From contig CAXAGT010000001.1 of the NCBI GenBank assembly GCA_963968885.1, forward strand, positions 5,861-69,860: 64,000 bases of DNA. Direction: 5' to 3'. Every line of letters begins with the position of its first letter. The stretch's first letter is position 1. Below are positions 59,692 to 64,000 of the stretch, one piece after another. The stretch is from an uncultured Candidatus Poseidoniales archaeon (GTDB lineage Archaea; Thermoplasmatota; Poseidoniia; Poseidoniales; Poseidoniaceae). The notes beneath the pieces were generated by a model. The model had not been told where the DNA came from. It was given only the letters and a program-made list of their open reading frames with translations, and did no database searches. The position numbers and the translations under genes were made by a program.

Positions 59692-60258
59692 ATGACAGGT
59701 GTGTGGGTAAGACAAAACACGCCGGTTAGTGCTGGTTCAGCAATTTTTCCAAATGCATATGCAATGTTATTCTCTGCTCTTGCAATTCTCCTGAGTTTTC
59801 AAGAATATGGCATAGCACCTTCAGTTCTGGGTACAATTGCATTTATTCTGGTTGCTGTTCCGATGTATTTGCTGAAAGAAGTGGTAATATCTCCTGAATA
59901 TCACCTATATTTTTGGCTATATGTTATTGCATGCCTTGCACTGATCTATGCATCGATAAATGACATCTCCTTCTCTACTCTTGCCCTTGCAATTTTTGCA
60001 CTCAGTGGAATTATACTTCAGAATCAACAATATTCAAATTATCATTTTTATGATTATGAGGGCGAAAATTATAGCAAGGATTTCAGCACTAAGTTAGAGC
60101 AAAATGGATGGATGCGAATTGCAAACGACAAACATGATTACGTACTAAGGGGTAGTGATCGAAATAATTACATCCGCATATCTTCGAAATTAACTGCACA
60201 ATTGGTCTTGGATTTTGATTCTCGAGATTTACCCAAGCCGGAATCTGAAGAAGAGTAA
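59692..60258 (+). CDS. Hypothetical membrane protein (4 TM plus C-terminal soluble domain), low-GC
   Basis: Hydropathy; AT-rich compared with flanks. Confidence 0.35.
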   Translation: MTGVWVRQNTPVSAGSAIFPNAYAMLFSALAILLSFQEYGIAPSVLGTIAFILVAVPMYLLKEVVISPEYHLYFWLYVIACLALIYASINDISFSTLALAIFALSGIILQNQQYSNYHFYDYEGENYSKDFSTKLEQNGWMRIANDKHDYVLRGSDRNNYIRISSKLTAQLVLDFDSRDLPKPESEEE

Positions 60259-60317
60259 TCACTTTCAGTTTACTCCCGGCTTATCCTTTATCTACGTTAA
60301 ATCAATGCGACTATGTT

Positions 60318-60896
60318 ATGTCTTCTTGTTTACCTATGGATCTGTTTGGAGTGACGAAATCAATACTATGTGGAGATGATTCGCATTCATGGATTCAATC
60401 TATCCTGATGACCGAGGATGACAAGAAAAAACTGCTTCATGATATAGATAAATTAGCACAGATTTTACTCAATGATCAAGAAAAAATCAGATTACGTAAA
60501 TTGATTCATTCAAAAACAAAGGACATAATACCTTTTTTGGAAGTGAATAATGCATTAGCTAGAAATAGCCTCCAAAAATCCTCAAAAGGATTAGTTGAAT
60601 CATATATCTTCAATGGAGAATTAAATTTTGACTCTTTGGAATACATGTCAGGGAAAATGATTCTAAACTACGAATTCGATATGGCAATTTCTTCGCTCAA
60701 GGCTGGAAGAGAGTGGCCAAAGAATCATTTTCACATCGAAGATTATCCTATTTGGTATCTGAATACATTCATTAAATGCATAAGGTCAATGTTCACAGAG
60801 AAATTAATTTATCTTTACACAGCATCAACGAAACTAGAAGATAATTCCATAATTTGGAGAGTAGAAAATAAATCTTGTAAGCCTGTGAAAATATAA
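60318..60896 (+). CDS. Hypothetical protein, low-GC
   Basis: No motif; AT-rich. Confidence 0.35.
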   Translation: MSSCLPMDLFGVTKSILCGDDSHSWIQSILMTEDDKKKLLHDIDKLAQILLNDQEKIRLRKLIHSKTKDIIPFLEVNNALARNSLQKSSKGLVESYIFNGELNFDSLEYMSGKMILNYEFDMAISSLKAGREWPKNHFHIEDYPIWYLNTFIKCIRSMFTEKLIYLYTASTKLEDNSIIWRVENKSCKPVKI

Positions 60897-60964
60897 TCCT
60901 GTGCTGGATTTTTTGATAAATCAATATCGGATTATTCAAGAACCTAATTCAATTGCGTTAAGGT

Positions 60965-61444
60965 ATGGATGTAACAATACTTCTTGGGTCCAAATCGGAC
61001 ATGCCTGTTGCCGAAAAGTGTACAAAAATTCTGGAACACTTCGATGTTCCTTACCAATTGAGAGTCGCAAGCGCACATCGCTCTCCTAAGTTCGTTGAGT
61101 CAATTGTTTCTGATGCAGAAGATGGTGGATGCACCGTCTTCATTGCAATGGCTGGACTTGCTGCGGCTCTTCCAGGTGCAGTTGCTGCTATCACAACAAA
61201 GCCAGTAATTGGTGTTCCGTGTGGGGGAAGAGTACCATATGATTCTCTACTTTCCATTGCTCAACTACCTCCTGGAGTACCTGCAGCAACCGTAGGTGTT
61301 GACAGAGGAGATAACGCAGGTTACCTTGCTGTCCAAATGCTTGCTCTTGCTAATGACAAATATGCTGCTGCTCTAAAGCAGAACAAACTAGACCAAATCG
61401 AGAAAGTTAAGCAAATGGATAGAGAAGTGAACGGAGGAGTTTGA
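60965..61444 (+). CDS. purE: N5-CAIR mutase / AIR carboxylase catalytic subunit PurE
   Basis: ILLGSKSDMPV, AHRSP, FIAMAGLAAALPGAVAA, 159 aa. Confidence 0.9.
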   Translation: MDVTILLGSKSDMPVAEKCTKILEHFDVPYQLRVASAHRSPKFVESIVSDAEDGGCTVFIAMAGLAAALPGAVAAITTKPVIGVPCGGRVPYDSLLSIAQLPPGVPAATVGVDRGDNAGYLAVQMLALANDKYAAALKQNKLDQIEKVKQMDREVNGGV

Positions 61445-61445
61445 G

Positions 61446-62393
61446 GTGTTTGATGCCCAATCCTTCATCGAGGAATCGATCGAAGAGTTGAAGGCAAAAA
61501 TTACCCAAACTGCGATCATTGCCTGTTCGGGTGGAGTTGACTCCACAGTTGCTGCAGTCCTTGCTCACAGAGCAGTAGGGGATTTATTGCATTGCGTCTA
61601 TGTAGACACAGGATTCATGCGGAAGGGAGAAACTCAAGAAGTCGAGCAAATGTTTGCTGATGCGGGAATTGATCTTATCACAGTGGATGCAAGTGACAGG
61701 TATTTTGACGCTTTAGTTGACGTTACTGAACCAGAACACAAGAGAAAGGTAATCGGAGAAATGTTCATCAGAATTTTCGAAGAAGAACAAGTCAAAGTAG
61801 ATGCCCATTGCTTAGTTCAGGGAACTATCGCTCCTGACTGGATAGAATCTGGCGGTGGAGTTAGAGACACTATCAAGTCTCATCATAATGTTGGTGGTTT
61901 GCCAGAAGACATGACTCTAGAAGTTGTAGAACCACTAAGAGAATTGTACAAAGACGAAGTTAGAGAACTAGCAAGAGCACTAGGAATCAAAGTAGCCGAG
62001 CGCCAACCCTTCCCTGGACCAGGTCTAGCTGTAAGGACGCTTGGTGACTTGACAAAGGAAAGAGTAGCGGTTGTTAGAGAATGTTGTGCTATAGTTGAGG
62101 AAGAATTCCAAGCAGCATCTGAGAGAGGCGAAATGGATATTCCATGGCAGTATTATGCTGCATTGCTTCCAGTTCGAAGTGTGGGTGTACACGGAGATGT
62201 TCGTGCCTACGGTGAAACAATCGTTGTAAGGGCAGTAAAATCGATGGATGGAATGTCTGCTAGATATTCCGAAATTCCTCACTCGATTCTTCAAAAGGTT
62301 TCAACCAAAATAACAAATGCTTGCAAAGGTGCTGTTAACAGAGTAGTCTACGATATTACTCACAAACCACCAGGCACAATTGAGTGGGAATGA
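61446..62393 (+). CDS. guaAB: GMP synthase subunit B (ATP pyrophosphatase domain of split GuaA)
   Basis: PP-loop SGGVDSTV, C-terminal dimerisation domain ending GTIEWE. Confidence 0.9.
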   Translation: MFDAQSFIEESIEELKAKITQTAIIACSGGVDSTVAAVLAHRAVGDLLHCVYVDTGFMRKGETQEVEQMFADAGIDLITVDASDRYFDALVDVTEPEHKRKVIGEMFIRIFEEEQVKVDAHCLVQGTIAPDWIESGGGVRDTIKSHHNVGGLPEDMTLEVVEPLRELYKDEVRELARALGIKVAERQPFPGPGLAVRTLGDLTKERVAVVRECCAIVEEEFQAASERGEMDIPWQYYAALLPVRSVGVHGDVRAYGETIVVRAVKSMDGMSARYSEIPHSILQKVSTKITNACKGAVNRVVYDITHKPPGTIEWE

Positions 62394-62446
62394 TCTAGAA
62401 TTTCCACGACTGTGAATTAATTTGCAACACAAAATAAGCGAATCCG

Positions 62447-62454
62447 TCATATAT
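62447..62454 (+). promoter_or_regulatory. Putative TATA box (TCATATAT) about 27 nt upstream of tRNA-Asn
   Basis: A/T-rich octamer at expected distance from the tRNA 5' end. Confidence 0.3.
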
Positions 62455-62475
62455 GGGATGCTTGTCGGCGAAGTT

Positions 62476-62548
62476 GCCGATTTAGCTTAGCTGGTGGAGC
62501 GTGGGACTGTTAATCCCAAGGTCATGGGTTCGAACCCCATAATCGGCG
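62476..62548 (+). tRNA. tRNA-Asn (anticodon GTT); no encoded CCA
   Basis: Hand-folded cloverleaf: acceptor GCCGATT/AATCGGC, D-stem GCTT/GAGC, anticodon stem TGGGA/TCCCA with loop CTGTTAA, T-stem ATGGG/CCCAT with loop TTCGAAC, discriminator G. Confidence 0.85.
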
Positions 62549-62570
62549 CCTATTATTGTCAATCAGAGGA

Positions 62571-63899
62571 TTATTCCTCTCTAATTCTTGAAATAAGTCT
62601 CGATTCATTCACTTGCGTTTCGCTTTGGCTTAAGACGAATGCATTTTGTATTGTTGAAACCTCTTCCAAAGTAGGTTTGTAATCGTAATACATGGTTAAC
62701 AATGCTTCACCTGATTCAACCTTTGAACCAACATTTTTGTGCAAAATGAATCCTGAAAATTGGTTAATTTCCTCTCCAAAGACGAACCTTCCTGCCTTGT
62801 GCTTTCTTGCTATTTTTGCAAGTTCCATAGCATCGATGCTCTCAACAAAACCAGAGGTTTTAGCTTTAATTTCCAGATAGTCATCTCCAAGTAAAACATC
62901 AGGGTTTGAAATCACATTATCGATATATGATTTTTCTACTCCTTGATTGACACACATCTCCCTAAATTTACGGATTACGTTGCCAGATTTCATTTCCTTT
63001 TCCATCTTCGAAAATATCTCTTGATCATCATTATACAAACCAGATAATTTTAGCAAGTCTAGTGCTTGTAGGTAAACGATGTCTCTGCAATCTGTGTTCT
63101 TATCCTCGCATTTCATCACTAAAATTGACTCAATCACTTCTAGTGAATTGCCAACATAATCTCCAATTGGGTTAGACATCTCAGTTATTTGAGCAATGCA
63201 ATTAATTCCTAATAACTGAGCAACCTTTTGCATAGAAACAGCAAGAGCTTCAGCATCATCTTGGTTTTTCATGAATGCCGCATCTCCACATTTTACATCC
63301 AGTACCAAGCAATCTAATCCTTCTGCAGCCTTCTTAGAAATAATTGAGGCTGTAATTAGTGGTATGGAATCAATTGTGTGACTAATATCTCTTAGGGCGT
63401 AAAGCAAGGAATCAGCAGGTGCAATCTCACTTGACTGTGCGCTGATGCAACAGCCTACAGTTTCGAGCGATATTGCCATCTCTTTAGGTGTCAAATCTGT
63501 CCTAAATCCATTCAATGATTCCAATTTGTCGATAGTTCCTCCGGTGTGCCCCAAACCTCTACCAGCAAGCATCGGAACTTTTAGACCGCAACATGCTAAG
63601 AGTGGTGCTAAAATTAGTGACATTTTGTCACCGACTCCTCCAGTGCTATGTTTGTCAACTACTATGTTTTGATAATCTGGCCATGTAAGTACACTACCGG
63701 AATACATCATCTTTTTTGTCAAAAAGGCAGTATCTTCCGGTGATATCGAGTGTTCATGGACTGCTTTTAGCCAAATAATTGCTTGCTCATTTGGTATGCT
63801 TCTATCAGCCACAGCATCAATAAATTCCGACAGCAGTTCACGATTTTGAGGTTTATTCTGTTTAATTGCCGAAACTAAGGTATCGACAATTTCTTGCAT
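62571..63899 (-). CDS. deoA: Thymidine/pyrimidine-nucleoside phosphorylase family protein (DeoA-like)
   Basis: DKHSTGGVGDK, SGRGLGHTGGTIDKLES, 442 aa. Confidence 0.8.
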   Translation of the reverse strand: MQEIVDTLVSAIKQNKPQNRELLSEFIDAVADRSIPNEQAIIWLKAVHEHSISPEDTAFLTKKMMYSGSVLTWPDYQNIVVDKHSTGGVGDKMSLILAPLLACCGLKVPMLAGRGLGHTGGTIDKLESLNGFRTDLTPKEMAISLETVGCCISAQSSEIAPADSLLYALRDISHTIDSIPLITASIISKKAAEGLDCLVLDVKCGDAAFMKNQDDAEALAVSMQKVAQLLGINCIAQITEMSNPIGDYVGNSLEVIESILVMKCEDKNTDCRDIVYLQALDLLKLSGLYNDDQEIFSKMEKEMKSGNVIRKFREMCVNQGVEKSYIDNVISNPDVLLGDDYLEIKAKTSGFVESIDAMELAKIARKHKAGRFVFGEEINQFSGFILHKNVGSKVESGEALLTMYYDYKPTLEEVSTIQNAFVLSQSETQVNESRLISRIREE

Positions 63900-63901
63900 C
63901 T

Positions 63902-64000
63902 TTATTCCTCTATTAGGCCAATTTCAACCAATCTTTGGTGCAAGAATTCACCCGCAGTGATTCCCTCATACTCTGCAACTCCAGAGGTTGCCTGTATGAA
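63902..64000 (-). CDS. 3' end of an upstream gene (partial, runs off window), stop overlapping deoA start region
   Basis: Open frame on minus strand ending ...FLHQRLVEIGLIEE*. Confidence 0.3.
   Translation of the reverse strand, partial: FIQATSGVAEYEGITAGEFLHQRLVEIGLIEE

Noticed and set aside
62549-62570. Possible integration scar/att site downstream of tRNA-Asn
   Set aside because: No direct repeat of the tRNA 3' end detectable within the window and no integrase nearby. The downstream gene is a housekeeping phosphorylase.
1-64000. Searched for CRISPR arrays, long direct/inverted repeats, rRNA genes, IS/transposase or integrase signatures
   Set aside because: Intergenic regions are all shorter than about 150 nt with no repeat-spacer periodicity. 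No DDE/tyrosine-recombinase motifs were seen in any ORF. Only one tRNA was found.

Overview
This is a dense (about 90% coding) 64-kb stretch of archaeal chromosome, with roughly 40% GC as judged by eye. Supporting signals are archaeal TBP, an archaellum (fla/arl) operon, archaeal-type NMNAT, a DRG GTPase, an arcTGT-family gene and a split GMP synthase. Many predicted proteins are strongly acidic. Together with the gene content this suggests a marine heterotrophic euryarchaeon, possibly Thermoplasmatota or Poseidoniales-like; that placement is inference only. A GAGGTGA-like Shine-Dalgarno motif recurs 5-9 nt upstream of many starts, and stop/start overlaps (ATGA, TAATG) indicate operons.

Main blocks, in order:
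1. Archaellum locus (57-9134): two tandem archaellins, FlaG/F, FlaH, FlaI and FlaJ, plus two uncharacterised acidic coiled-coil proteins in the FlaC/D/E/X positions.
2. Divergent repair pair: endonuclease III and a PolX-PHP DNA polymerase.
3. Mevalonate kinase, then TBP with a clear TATA box and a leaderless start.
4. A 1274-aa PKD-repeat surface protein with a C-terminal TM anchor and a long P/Q-rich tail, followed by a SepF-like gene.
5. Maf, a KaiC-like ATPase, a cytoplasmic M23 peptidase, and a glycosylation pair (GT-C-like 765-aa membrane protein plus a GT2 Dol-P-sugar-synthase-like gene).
6. An RNA-centred operon: zinc ribbon, COG2263 RNA N6-adenine methyltransferase, an exosome Csl4 subunit fused to two RRM domains, and an atypical radical-SAM enzyme, convergent with a TGT/ArcS-family gene that lacks the canonical Zn site.
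7. Nfu, and divergently sufCBDSE plus a DUF59/SufT gene.
8. DRG GTPase, two hypotheticals, an orphan grpE, a Lys-rich small protein, nadM, a class-V aminotransferase, pdxT, a PFL-AE-like radical SAM, a Trx-CcdA fusion, a PAP2-like gene and an SPFH-like protein with a zinc ribbon.
9. A thiamine/Fe3+-type ABC transporter with an HTH regulator (ThiR candidate).
10. A PLP decarboxylase with gcvT-gcvPA-gcvPB, a low-GC two-gene islet, purE, guaA subunit B, tRNA-Asn(GTT) and a thymidine-phosphorylase-family gene.

No CRISPR arrays, rRNA genes or obvious transposases are present. The most unusual items are the Csl4-RRM-RRM fusion, the candidate ArcS/RaSEA-like module, the extra archaellum-operon proteins, the surface protein with a cytoplasmic IDR next to a SepF-like gene, and the low-GC islet.
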